From contig OX597816.1 of NCBI GenBank assembly GCA_951406725.2, positions 51,522,001 through 51,586,000 of the forward strand: DNA of 64,000 nt. Reading direction: 5' to 3'. The stretch is from Octopus vulgaris (Eukaryota). Under the pieces are notes generated by a model. The model was not told where the DNA came from, did no database searches, and saw nothing but the letters and a program-made list of their open reading frames with translations. The translations under genes were made by a program, and so were the position numbers. Shown in pieces: positions 24,272-38,083 of the stretch (position 1 is the first letter of the stretch; the number at the start of each line of letters is the position of its first letter).

Positions 24272-24337
24272 CAGTCTCGTGACTAACCTGTCGAAACTGC
24301 AAAAGACGATCTGTTTCTCGACTGAAGATTGAAAGTT
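24272..24337 (+). ncRNA. Candidate non-circularly permuted hammerhead (family 2) within pLTR-like repeat 24231-24440
   Basis: CAG-UC^UCGUGA...CCUGUC-GAAA-CUG...UCUCGA-CUGAAGA-uu-GAAAG. Confidence 0.5.
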
Positions 24338-24789
24338 CTGAATATCCCGTCCTTGTTTATTCCTGCCCTTTTTTGAGTCACCTACTGTCCGCATGTTTTG
24401 TTGTCGCCTGTTACGCTCTTCTTCCATTTTTTGTTTTGATTTTATATATATATATTTATATATATATACATAAATCTGTGTATATCCATTTATTTATATA
24501 CATATAGTTTACATGTGTGTGAGCGTTTTGTGTGTGAATGTATGCGTGTGTTCGTGCGTGCGTGTGTGTGCGTATGTGTGAGAAAATTACATTAAAAATA
24601 ACATAAAAAAACAAAATGAATTCAAATTGTGGTTCTTAATTTACTGCACAATGGTGAGGAAAATGGATGAGTTGTTGACGTCTTAGGCTGTTGCCTTTTA
24701 GCGGAATATGAAACAGATAGAAAAAAGGGTAAGTATATGCAAAGGAAGGAAAAAGAAAAAGAAAAAAGGCAGGCACACAAATATAAATG

Positions 24790-24966
24790 CACACAAATTA
24801 CATATGTACGGCGGAGGTGGTGGGCAGAACATTTCCTGCCTTTTAAGGGTGTCGCGAAAGGACTAGTTAGAAGCCCAATCTTCCGAATTCTTTTGCGGGA
24901 TTTAGAAAAAAAAATGAATGACTGCTGCAATAAGTGTGCGAATCTAAGAGGGGAATGTGTTGAATT
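24790..24966 (+). pseudogene. Possible mariner transposase C-terminal relic
   Basis: Ends ...NKCANLRGECVE, resembling the mariner terminal KC....G.Y.E motif. Confidence 0.35.
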
Positions 24967-25386
24967 TTTTAGCCAAACTCAGGAACTTTTGATTGCGTAT
25001 GAGAATGTGCGTATGCGAATGCGTATGTGCGCGCGCGCGTTTATGTATATGTATATATATATATATATAATTTAAGTAATGAGAGTGATAAATTTAATAG
25101 TAATTTAATTAACACGAATTTAAAACCAGTAGCCTAACATATAGAAAAATCTGAAAATTAAGAAAATTTGTATTAGAGGCGTATAAGAAGGGCTGACCAC
25201 TAAGTGGACATCCAGTATGCTAGAAGTTGATCACCTACGATCTAACCACAAAGAAAAGAATGTTCTCTAGAAAAAATCAGCAAACATCAGGACATAAGCG
25301 GGTAAGACACGAAAATACACAAAATAAAGAATTAATCGTAGACCGATTTCGCCATTAACGATTTTACTTACGTAACACATACATAC

Positions 25387-25424
<38 letters not shown>

Positions 25425-25785
25425 CTGTGTGTGTGTGTGTCTGTTTGTGTATGTATATGTGTATGTATAGTACTATCACAAACCAGTATGAGCGCAAGGA
25501 AGCATAATCAAACTGCTGACAAAAACGGCACCACTGATACACACTCTATCAACATACCAGAATTTCTTTTCACGCGTTCAATTATGAATCACGATAAGCT
25601 TTGAGACTTGGGTTCGGTGGTTTTTGCTTTTTTCTTTCTTGATTTCTCTCAGATTGTGTATTTGCGATAACGACAACATGAAAAAGAATAGCTGTAAAAG
25701 AATGAACGAAGCGAGACATCAAACAGGGTATTGAAAAGAATTGCGGTAAGAGAAGAGAGAGAGAGAGAGAAAGAGGGAGAGAGAG

Positions 25786-25827
<42 letters not shown>

Positions 25828-26332
25828 ATGGCAGTATCAAATAATTAATACCCGATGTCAGCAAATGTATTGATATACAAACTGCCGTTTTTCATCGAAT
25901 GCTTCAGAGTATCTGTAGACGTGAAGAAGCAAGCAACTGCTCTGGGCTTGCATACATATATGAACCTTATCGAGCTGTTCTCCAGAGGGACATTGTTGTC
26001 GTAACCACGCAGTTTATTTATGTATTATCCATACACAACGAGATTCTCCTGTTTGTTAGTTTATAGAATGTTCAAACACTTGCAAGTTAATTCGATGAAC
26101 ACGCGATTTATATGAGTGAACAAGCAGATCACAATTGTTGAAATGATTTATCCTCGTACGTTCACACACATGCGCGAGCACCCGATGTTTGTAAAATATA
26201 AATGCAAGTGTGTATAGCACTTATAATGCATATACACACGTGAAATGGTCCTAGCTATAATAATTCCTCTGAAAGAGGATTACGTATTAAATATGCATGC
26301 CCTCATTGAGGAATCTTGCGGATCGCGAGACA

Positions 26333-26376
<44 letters not shown>

Positions 26377-26380
<4 letters not shown>

Positions 26381-26434
26381 AAGTTTGACAACGCCACTAT
26401 ATAATCTTATATAGTGGCGTTTTCAAACTTCTTT
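26377..26434. repeat. Near-perfect 28-bp-arm hairpin beside (TA)n
   Basis: aaagaagtttgacaacgccactatataa-tc-ttatatagtggcgttttcaaacttcttt. Confidence 0.85.
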
Positions 26435-26474
26435 TTTATAAATATATACCCACTCGTATACGATCTACACTTAT

Positions 26475-26479
<5 letters not shown>

Positions 26480-26546
<67 letters not shown>

Positions 26547-26580
26547 CACACACACATATATGTATATATGTTTCCGTACT

Positions 26581-26672
<92 letters not shown>

Positions 26673-26709
26673 CACACACACATATATGTATATATGTTTC
26701 CGTACTCTT

Positions 26710-26760
<51 letters not shown>
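26480..26760. repeat. Tandem duplication of a (TA)n-flanked unit of about 125 bp
   Basis: tacatgtatgtatatatatgtacacacacacatatatgtatatatgtttccgtactctt occurs twice. Confidence 0.8.
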
Positions 26761-26774
<14 letters not shown>

Positions 26775-27294
26775 GTATATGTATATATATATAGATGGAG
26801 GCTTGTACATCCACAAAATTTGTTTATAGTTACATAGAACATGTTATAGTTACCTACACGTATCTCCGCTGCAGCGACCACTCACTGTTGCAAATATAGT
26901 TCACTTCGAGGATGACCAAATGGACAGACCCTGATGATACTACACTGACAATAAAGCAAGTTTGCATTTTCAAAATTGAGTAGTTGCTGCAGCGGAAACA
27001 GGTATAAGTCATTATAATATTCTGTATATAACTATAACATAAATTTTGTGAATGTAATGTACAAGTCTCCGTATCCTTTATTATTCTTAATATCAACATA
27101 CATTCCAGACAATTTTTACCGTCCTGCATAAAAGAAAGGGAGTTAACCATGGAAAGAATTCACGGTGTGATTGATAACTAATTGTACTCACAGACGTTAA
27201 ATACTGATCGTTGCGATTGGCCGTTAACTAGAACTTTACTGGGAGCTAATACAGTATCTGCCCGGATAATATATCCCTCCAAACTCATAATATA

Positions 27295-27505
27295 ATATGT
27301 GACCGCGTGTGTATCGTTGGTGATTTTCTTTCTCAGCCTTCCATTCCTTGGACTTTTCCTTTTTTCTATATTTCTGACGAAGAGCTCTGCTCGAAACGTT
27401 AAAGCCTCCTTCTTTCTTTCCTTTCCTGAGCGTCCAATAACACTATACTTGCTCCACGTCTTCGCGTTGTTGTGTTTCTCTTTGTTCATATTTGGATTGA
27501 CTATA
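27295..27505 (+). mobile_element. PLE pseudo-LTR-like repeat
   Basis: Homologous to 15725-15940 and 9770-9980; contains a minimal hammerhead. Confidence 0.75.
27371..27403 (+). ncRNA. Minimal PLE-type type I hammerhead, intact core
   Basis: ttt-CTGACGA-a-gagc-tct-gctc-GAAA-cg-TT^aaa; palindromic ACGT stem III. Confidence 0.65.
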
Positions 27506-27519
27506 TATACATACGCCAT

Positions 27520-28330
27520 TTGGGCTCAACTCTCCTCCCCTCTTCATCTAACCTCCTCCCCGACTCCTACTTCTCTTCACCCCTACTCTCTTTCCCTCTT
27601 TTCCCTTACTCTCTTTCTCTCTGCTCCCTCACTCTCCTTCTCTCCTCTCTCCCCCCTCCCTCCTCCTTCTTTCCACCCAACTCTCCTCTCTTGCCCCGAC
27701 TCTTACTTCTCTTCACTCTTACTTCTTTTCACTTCTACTTCTCTTCACTGCTTCTTCCCTTCACCCCTACTCTCTTTCGCTCTTCTCTCTTACTCTCTTT
27801 CTCTCTTCTCTCCTACTCTCTTTCTCTCTTTCTCTCCCCTCCTTACCTCTTCCCTCTTACTCTCTTCTCTCTTCTCTCTTACTCTCTTTCTCTCTCCTCT
27901 CTTATTCTCTTTCTCTCTTCTCTCCTCCTCTCTCTCCTCACATACCCACCTTCCCCTCCCCCATAAACCCACCCACCCTTACACATCCCTACTCCACCTT
28001 CCCTATCCTTCCCATCCCCCATACCCTCCACCCATCCTATCCCCCATCGCATCCCACACACCCTCCCCCACATACCCCACCTCTACCCCACCCTCTACCT
28101 ACCCCAAAAAAACCAACTCTACCCCAACCCCCAGCCGAACACACACCCCACCCATGCTTTCCCCACTCTCGCCTCTCCCACCTCCCAACAACATCACACC
28201 ACACCACACTACACCATACAACATTACACATCACATCACAACACACCACTCACACCCCCATCCCCACACTTCACACCTACACATACATACACGCACACGT
28301 CCAGACCACTCTTTCACACGCACATGCATA
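27520..28330. repeat. Long CT-rich then CA-rich low-complexity tract
   Basis: Degenerate ctcttactctctttct repeats followed by C/A-rich sequence; almost no G on the plus strand. Confidence 0.85.
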
Positions 28331-28339
28331 CTCTCTTAT

Positions 28340-28545
28340 ACACACACGCACCTTTGTGTTGGAGGCCATGCTAGATCGTTAGCCACTACACACATTTTTT
28401 CTCTCCTTGTTTTCTCTGTCTCTTTCTGTAGAAGAGCGCAGGCTCGAAACGTAAAATACTTTCTATTCCTAAGCGTTATACTAATACATCTGTTTGTTTT
28501 GTACACCACCTTTCTTCGTCTTTTGTTTTTTCGTATACTCTCCCT
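28340..28545 (+). mobile_element. pLTR-like repeat with a mutated minimal hammerhead
   Basis: ttt-CTGTAGA-a-gagc-gcag-gctc-GAAA-cg-TA-aaa at about 28423-28456. Confidence 0.6.
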
Positions 28546-28579
28546 ATATATATATATATATATATATAAATATTTAAAC

Positions 28580-28643
28580 CACCTGGTGAATGACTGTAAC
28601 TCGAAAATTTAAAGAAATTAACAGCCATGAAACGATCGTAGTG
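28580..28643 (+). ncRNA. Degenerate type I hammerhead with a long stem II
   Basis: cac-CTGGTGA-atgactgt...acagccat-GAAA-cgatcg-TA^gtg; palindromic ACGATCGT as at 3417-3424. Confidence 0.45.
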
Positions 28644-28769
28644 TTATATTAATTATATTTTTTTAATAATTTTGTTATATATTTAAATAATATAAATTAA
28701 ATAATCTTATGTATTGGCTTAAGTTTTTCATTGTATGATTTTCCTAATAGTGGTTTTATCTCTAATTTA

Positions 28770-29067
<298 letters not shown>

Positions 29068-29164
29068 ATCATTCCATTCATGCGGTACCCTACAATTCCA
29101 CTTTGTTATATATATAAATATATGTATGCAGGTAAGTAGGTAGGTAGGTAGGTAGGTAGGTAGG

Positions 29165-29196
<32 letters not shown>

Positions 29197-29200
<4 letters not shown>

Positions 29201-30035
29201 GGTATTTAGATCAGCTTAAAGCGTAAAGCGATCACCGTGCAATGACTAAGGAAAATAGTCAGACGAAAGAAGGCTTTCCTTTCAGCATGTGACTCGAACC
29301 CACGTCCCTTTGTTAACGCGACTAAGTGCGTTACCTTTACACCAGCAAATTAGCCTCCCTGTTTAAGAACTGTATTAGTTCGTATTTGTTTTACGTAAGC
29401 AAACATTCTCAATGCTTTAGGTACGAATGGTTTTTTTATACGGTGCCGTGTTTTAAAACCCTGGAAATAATATTCATGGCACAGTTTATATAAATACCAT
29501 TATTAGTATTTCTAGGATTGTAAAACATGGCACCGTATAACAAAACCATTCGTACCGAAAGCATAGAGAACGTTTTACATAAAACAAATACGAAATATTA
29601 TAGTTCTTAAATTTGACAGTAACAGGGAGGCTAATTCACTAGTGTAAAGGTAACACAGTCGCGTTAACAAAGAGATGTGTGCTCGAGTCCCACGTTGATA
29701 GGAAATATCTTTTTTTCTGTCGTAGGCTTATATGCTCCTCTATTAGAATATTTTCCTTAGTCAATGTACGGTAATCGCCTTAAACTTTAAGCTTATATAA
29801 ATACCATTATTATCATTTACAGGATTGTAAAAAAAATGGCATCGTGTAACAAAACCATTCGCACCGAAAGCATATGGAAAGTTTGTTTACATAAAACAAA
29901 TACGAACTAATATAGTTCTTAAATCCTGACAGAACAGGGAGGCTAATTCACTGGTGGCTAATTCACATTATGTAACACACTTCGTCGAGTTAACAAAGTG
30001 ATGTGGGTTCGAGTCCCACGCGGATAGGAAAGCCT
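29197..30035. repeat. Unit of about 310 bp with an internal tRNA-like segment: one inverted copy and two direct copies
   Basis: About 29197-29470 is the reverse complement of about 29500-29810, which repeats at about 29795-30035; box motifs tggtgtaaaggt and gggttcgagtcc. Confidence 0.75.
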
Positions 30036-30790
30036 TCAAGCAGCAGCTAGAGGACACGCTCGACTCAGTTTATCAGGTTGTGTTAACACGGGTAATAAAA
30101 TGCTAGTCTACATCTTCTATAGATAGCCAACAGTCCTCAGGGAGTTTTAGTACTATCCAAACTTCTTTATCACGTTAAGTGGTAGACGGTCGAAATGGAG
30201 CGGTTATGGAAGTAGAATGACACGCAGACTATAACAAGCACATGGAAGGTATTTATATGAAAAGTTGCATGTGCCATTTAGGTGATAAATGCATCTTACA
30301 CATTGATTGAATCGCGTAAATCGTATATGCAATGCAGTTCTTCAAAGACATACATTCGTTACGCTTGATAACGTTCGGTAGTCTTTCTACTTCATGTGTG
30401 TGTGTATGTGTCTATGAATTCATGGAAGTATGTATACACTTATGTCTGTATGTATGCATGCTACCCGCTTCCGTTTTTTTTTATATATTAGAATTCGTGC
30501 CAGCAGGACGATGCCGTTAATGACATAAATATTATGTGATGTACTTTGGTAAAACCTTCCAAGTTTTTAATGTTCTATTTGGAGAACATATCCCTAAAGT
30601 CGGTCTCTTTCTTTGTCTGAAAGGCTTAACATTTCCACAGTCAATAAAACATTTCCAAATCATTTATATCAATTAATAGTATATGTGTGAATGTTTGTTC
30701 TTGTTGAGTTGCTACCTATCTCTCTTTCTCTGTCTCTCCCTACCTCTCTCTCTCCCTCTCTATCTATATATCTATCTATTTATCTGTATG

Positions 30791-30831
<41 letters not shown>

Positions 30832-30887
30832 TTATGTATGTATGAATGTATGTATATGTATAATGCATACATAGTACACACATACAT

Positions 30888-30925
<38 letters not shown>

Positions 30926-31789
30926 GTAACCATGGACGACTAAAATGTCACGCTTCGCTCTGTGCGTTGCCTTGTCGCTCTATAACTTCCGATGATTAAA
31001 AGCTAGGATCAATTCTCTTGTAAACACTTTTATAATCCCTTCTAGACAATTAAACATATTGATAGTGTTTACAACACGAAAAAATAGCTTCATCTCTGAA
31101 GAAAATCTTCCAAACTCAAATTTTATCATTGTGGTTACTGAAACTAACTTTTGTACACACAGTACCAGTTACGCATATTTATCATTGTTAGATAATTTCT
31201 GTCCCAGTACCGCTCGAAGTGATTTTGTACGTCTAGATTTTTAGACATTTTCGGTGAGAGGTGTAGCAGAAAACGAGCTTCTTTAAACTTGTAGTTTTGA
31301 AGTTTGTGGGTTGTGATAACGCTAAATGGTGGCTAATGCTAGCGCTTCATTGAGACCGTTTGGGGGATTTTCAGTCATATGAAGTTCAGAGTCTGGATGA
31401 ATGATTTACATTGCATGACAGTTTTTCAGAATGCGACACAGTTAAGGGAATTAATACGTAACATTGTTTCCACATCTGTAGGTATGTGTGATTAATTCGT
31501 TCCATAATAGCATTTTCTATGCAATCAATATTCTCCTATATTACGGTAACGACATTGTACATACACACACATAGAACACTAACATACAAACACACACGCA
31601 CACACACACACACACATACACACATACACACACATGATACAATGTTTTATGATTTACGTATCAATAACTATATAAGTGTGTCTGCACATGTATACTTACA
31701 TATTTAAATAAATGTAACTATATCTATATATCTATCTATCTATCTATCTATCTATTTATCTATCTAGTAAAATAAGGGTTCAGATAAAA

Positions 31790-32420
31790 TCAGGTACTTC
31801 AAAAGATATACACCAGGTAGGGTTGGATAAACATGTGGTTCCGGTCTATGGTTGGTAATTATGAAATGGGAGAATATCGAGGTCAACTATGAGATGAGAG
31901 AATGGCCAACCAAGTTGGCCGTTGTGGGCAGTAGTGAATGGTGTTAGGTTCAGAATATAGTTTCTGAGAGGGTGTAATATGATATTTATGATCAGCAACC
32001 CGGGTTAGATAATAGTCTGCTAGACGATTTCTTGGTAAGCTGGAGTGATGTCCAGAAGCGTTCAAGTGGGGAAGTAATGTAACGCATATTAGTGAGGTTT
32101 TCGAGGTTTTGGTATATGTATATGAATTTGTAATTATAAAGTGAGTTTGAAGAGAATGGACATGTGTAGAGGTGGTAGCGGGCAGAAAATGTCGGCCAAC
32201 CTGGGAAGTCAGGAGAAATACGAACAGCGTAATAGATATTTGGGCAAGGACATGAGTGTAAGACATTTTTACATGGAAGAAAATTTTGATATATATGTAG
32301 ATGAGTTCCATGTTATTAGTGGAACAGAGAATCAAGATGACATCACTCTTTCCAGGCACAACTGTATTACGTATAATTCTAATGAACAAATTACTTAAAT
32401 GAGGTAAAGTTCAGATTCTG
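31790..32420 (-). pseudogene. Decayed PLE endonuclease region
   Basis: Remnants such as LCST..ELIY, VGRHF and RNRLADY are consistent with PLE GIY-YIG; frameshifted. Confidence 0.4.
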
Positions 32421-32794
32421 TTGGAGATTGGCCCATACTTTGTGAATTACGGACCGAATTTGAATATGGCAACAGGATGAAGAACGTGACACATTCAGGG
32501 GTATACATGCCAACTCCACAGTGATTCCTTCTTTTCCTTTCAGTACGAAACAGCATACTTCGGTTTTCTTTTCTGTACACGTGAGCTATAAGTGTAGAAA
32601 GGTGCAGTTTCGTCAGTTTTAGGCATATTAGTTAGTTTCTTGTGAATATCTTTCAGGTGTATACAAGTATATCTCTGCGCGAATGTGCGAACATGCTAAG
32701 GGGTGCATGTGATATAGGCTAGTATATATATTTATATCTAAGCTTTTGCGTGTGTGTGTGTGTGTGTGTGTGCATGTTTCTGTATGTGTGTGTT

Positions 32795-32847
<53 letters not shown>

Positions 32848-33068
32848 GTGCGAGTGTGTGTATGCCTGTACGAGTTTATCGTTTATTTTTTACTTGTTTC
32901 AGTCACTGGTTGGTGCCATGCATGGTCACCCTTTTGAAGATTTTCTTCGAAAAAATCGACACCATGAGTGTTCGATTTTATGTACACTACTCTTTCTTCT
33001 GATCTTTTCACACACACACACACATACATTCACACACACACGCACACACTCCTATATATAACTATATA

Positions 33069-33161
<93 letters not shown>

Positions 33162-33219
33162 AATATATATGTATATGTATAAATATATATATATATACAT
33201 ATTTATATATATGTAGAAA

Positions 33220-33269
<50 letters not shown>

Positions 33270-33307
33270 CATATATCTCTATATATATACACATACATAT
33301 CTATCTA

Positions 33308-33361
<54 letters not shown>

Positions 33362-35664
33362 TATATGCGTATATATATATGTATAAATATATATATATTT
33401 AATTGGCGTAAAAAGAATTTGAAGCCTTACATCTGTTTCTGGGATAACCCAAGTAGTTGGTTGGTTTGTTGGTCGGAATATCTGTGCAGTGGGTATTCAT
33501 ACCTTGTTTCTGATGAAATAGGATACATGTCTTGAGATACTTGTTAAGCTTTGGTTTTGATTTTTCCTCTAATATATACATGCTAAAACGGAACCCTAAC
33601 ACGGATCCGTAGTTCCAGCCTAAGCCGTGATCTTGGTCGACCAACAATAACACTTAGCGTACTTATTCGTTTAGATCACAAGTGAGCTAAAACCATCCTA
33701 TTTTATATAAATATATTCTTCGGTACACCATTTCGTCAATCGCAGCAGCTTCCAAGCTTCACCACTGATTCAGTTCTCAACTAAATAGCAAACTATTACT
33801 AGTTTTAAAGAGGACACCTCCTCAGCTACACTTTGGCATAAATAGTTTGAGATTTGATTCAGTAGAAAAAATTAACGTCAAAATATCTGCGACCTTAAGG
33901 GGGACAGTAAAATATGTTTTTTTAATTTCAAATTAAAAGTATACCTTTCTTAGGCTTAAATGATAGAACAATGCATAAGGAATTCAGAAACACTAGTTGC
34001 ATTGAACAAATATTAGTAGAAAAAGAGTTATAAAGTAAAATGTTATGAAATTTCATGTCAGTAAGTAAGAAAGTAAGGGAATAACGCTTAAGCAATAAGA
34101 ATAAATAATATGCTTATAAAAATGAATAGGTTCTTTCTAAGGCGGTGAGATGGCAGAAGCGTTAACGTGCTGACGAAATACTTAACGGTATTTCGTTTGT
34201 CTTGACGTATTTGAGTTCAAATTTAGTCGTCGACATTGACGTACATATTATTTAATTAATTAGCTAAACCCTTTCAGACTTCCGTTACTGGTAGAATTTG
34301 TCACGTACAACAGCGTTTACTCTTAACATTTTGGACAAAATTTTATATTTTAGAGGTTATTTCGTCAGAAGTTACAGAGTGACGATGGACAAATTCATGT
34401 TTGATAAGTGCCAATACACGAAACTCTCAGCTTTTGACTTACTCTCTAACTTCTGACGATGATATATATATACATATTACATATATGTGTAAAAACATCT
34501 CATCACGCAATCGAACCAATGGAAGAGCCTCTACCTGATCGCTCGACACGCTAAAATTTGCAGCCAAAAAATTCCCCTGCTTAATCATACGCCCATTGTA
34601 CGTATTCTCGTAGATTATCCCTAAAAGTCGGTTTGCTGAAAGCTGGAATGTCTTTGATTATATGTTTGCTGTATCAGGGTTAATTTGAGGTTAAATATGA
34701 ACATGTTGGTCAATTTCTATATTAAAACCCGCCAAGTACCCTGACCTCCTAATATGCTACAAATCCCTTATTTGGGTTCAGAAAAAATGAGGTGGGTTTC
34801 CCCCTCAATCCCGGAATCATTGGGGATTTTTTTCGTTGAATAAATTCTTGTGACCTGCTAAAATTGCAAATTTAAGTTACTTAAGGTGAGCCTGGTAACT
34901 GATGGTTTTGGGGCTTTGCTATTTGTAACTTTTGCTGAGCCATGGTGCAACCAACAACATGGTAAAAATCCCTGCCATCAATTTCGTGTGGATGGGTAAT
35001 ATCAAATAATTCAATCACAACATATATTTAAATTAAACATGAAAAAAATTGAAATATTATCATCACTTACATGGAAATTGTTTGAAATATTATCTTGAAA
35101 TATTACCATATAACAGCATTGCATTGAAAAATCATGGATTACATTGAAAAATGCGATCATGAAAAGTAATATACTTAAGATTTTAAACCTGGAAAAGTAC
35201 AGGACAAGTTATTACAAATAACTCTATACTTAGTTAAGTAGAATTTAGCTAATTTACTACCTTAAATACAGAAAATACAGAAAAAAATGACTAATTACAC
35301 AAACTTACAAATTAGCTGGACAGTTTTGTGCAGTAAATTTAAAAGATCAGAACTGTTAAAGAGCGATAAATTAGCAGAACTAGCATTCGTCGCTGCAATA
35401 TTTTAAATAAAAAGTTTCTTATTCTTTACTAGAAGTAATAGATTGTTCTTTACTTTTACACTAATAATAACTTGACCTGTACTTTTCCAGGTTTATAATC
35501 TTAAGAATATGACCTTTCATGCTCGCATTTTTCCGTGTAATATATACCCATATCAGGTAGCCTAAACGGTGAAAGCATACTACTACACATATATTACTAA
35601 ACATATATCCAAAATCCAAATAATTACTTACATAAAAACATACATACATATATACATACATATT

Positions 35665-36106
35665 CTTTTTTTTTTACTTGCTTCGGTCATTTGACTGCGG
35701 TTATGCTGGAGCACCGCCTATAGTCGAATCAAATCGACTCCAGGGCTTATTCTTTGTAAACCTAATATTTATTCTCTCTGTCTATTTTGCCGAACCGCTA
35801 AGTTACGGGGGCCTAAACACACCAGCACCTGTTATCAAGCGATATTGGAGGGACAAACACAGACACACAGCACACACACGCACACGCACACACACACACG
35901 CACGCACACACACACACACACAGATACACACACATATATATATATATGACGGGCTTTCAGTTTCCGTCTAGCAAATCCACTCACAAGGCTTTGGTCGGCC
36001 CGAGGCTATAGTAGAAGACACTTGCCCAAGGTGCCACGCAGTGGGACTGAACCCGGAATTATGTGGTTGGTAAGCAAGCTACTTACCATACAGCCACTCC
36101 TGCACC
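35665..36106 (-). mobile_element. SINE family B, full length
   Basis: Head, CORE-like ccttgggcaagtg, internal microsatellite and tail. Confidence 0.9.
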
Positions 36107-36310
36107 TATGTCAAGACTTTCTCAATGTTTCCGTCAACTAAATTCTCTCACATGTCATTAGGCAGCCCAGGGAATACTAGAATACTCCCATAAATGATGC
36201 TGGAGAAAGATACTAAACCTGAAACTACATTATTGCAAAGCAAACTTATTCACTTGAAAGACAGCAAGTGGGCGTACACATAACATTACCAGCATAAGAT
36301 ATATTTTCTC

Positions 36311-36728
36311 TTTACTCTCTTTTACTCTTTTACTTGTTTCAGTCATTTGACTGCGGCCATGCTGGAGCACCACCTTTAGTCGAGCAAATCGACCCCGGGA
36401 CTTATTCTTTGTAAGCCCAGTACTTATTCTATCGGTCTCTTTTGCCGAACCGCTAAGTGACGGGGACGTAAACACACCAGCATCGGTTGTCAAGCAATGC
36501 TAGGCGGACAAACACAGACACACAAAGATATACACACACACACTTATATATATATACATATATACGACAGGCTTCTTTCAGTTTCCGTCTACCAAATCCA
36601 CTCACAAGGCATTGGTCGGCCCGGGGTTATAGCAGAAGGCACTTGCCCAAGATGCCACGCAGTGGGACTGAACCCGGAACCATGTGGTTGGTTAGCAAGC
36701 TACTTACCACACAGCCACTCCTGCGCCT
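36311..36728 (-). mobile_element. SINE family B, full length
   Basis: Same structure, ending in (gtaaaaga)n. Confidence 0.9.
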
Positions 36729-37464
36729 CATGCACATTTTTTTTTTTACATTTATAGACTTTGCATATATGTATATATATGTGCGTGTGTAAACAACTAT
36801 ACACAGAAACTCATAACTATCCCATGGCACACAGGAGCGCGTACTCACTCATATAATTTTAATAATTATAAGATAATATTCGCATGTTAGCTGCAGCATG
36901 AAAATTTACGTCACTCGTTAGCGCTATCGGTTTAAGGGAGGTAATTCCGCTGGATTATTCACTAGTTAATTTCTCTTGGTCTGTTCGCTGTTTGGATTGT
37001 ACTTCTTGCACACATCAGGATATTCCCGTTATCGATTTATTTACCTACGTATCGTGAGCATAATATTTATGTAACTGTCGATACGACACAATTTTTTTCC
37101 ATATTGAAGAATTCCAACAGTGCCTTCTATGATATGCAACGTCGTGAACGAGTGTTGGCACGCGTGCGCATGTATGTTTGTGTGCGAGTGCATTATTAGC
37201 AGATATTGTTTAATAATACTTTTATAGACATAGGCAGTTGACACTAACGGTAGAAGAAATTCACTATACATAACTATTCAAGGTTACCGTTAATAATTTT
37301 ATTAGCAGAGATTTGGACACTTCGGCCAGTAGTCGACCTAGTGACTTGTTATACATATCCATGTATCAAGCTATCTGTAAATCTGTTTATCCCCCTCTAT
37401 CTCTTTGTCACTCACTTTCCCCTTTCTCTCTCATTTTGTGCACATATATGTGAGCGTGTGTGTA

Positions 37465-37535
<71 letters not shown>

Positions 37536-37592
37536 TATACATATATATATATACATATTTATACACACACATATATATATATATATATATTA

Positions 37593-37827
37593 TTTTTATT
37601 TGTTTCAGTCATTTGACTGCGGCCATGCTGGACCACCGCCTTTAGTCGAGAAAATCGACCCCAGGATTTATTCTATGTAAGCCCAGTACTTATTCTACCG
37701 GTCTCTTTTTGCCGAACTTTTTGCCAAGTTACTGAGATGTAAACACACCACCATCGGTTGTCAAGCGATGTTGGTGGGGGGACAAACACAGACACAAACA
37801 CACACATGCACATACACACACTGACTA

Positions 37828-37864
<37 letters not shown>

Positions 37865-37870
37865 CACACA
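37593..37870 (-). mobile_element. SINE family B, 3' half
   Basis: Tail and post-microsatellite half only. Confidence 0.8.
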
Positions 37871-37983
37871 CACATCCACAATTTGGCAAAATTGAAATAA
37901 ACTAGTAATTGTATGCGTTACGCAATCATCGGATTTATGTAGTGACATATTTCCCTCTCCTTGTGTGTGTATATATATATATG

Positions 37984-38083
<100 letters not shown>

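Noticed and set aside
27299-28612. 437-aa ORF, the longest in the track
   Set aside because: It spans pLTR-like repeats and a nearly G-free CT/CA tract that rarely forms stop codons; no domain is recognisable.
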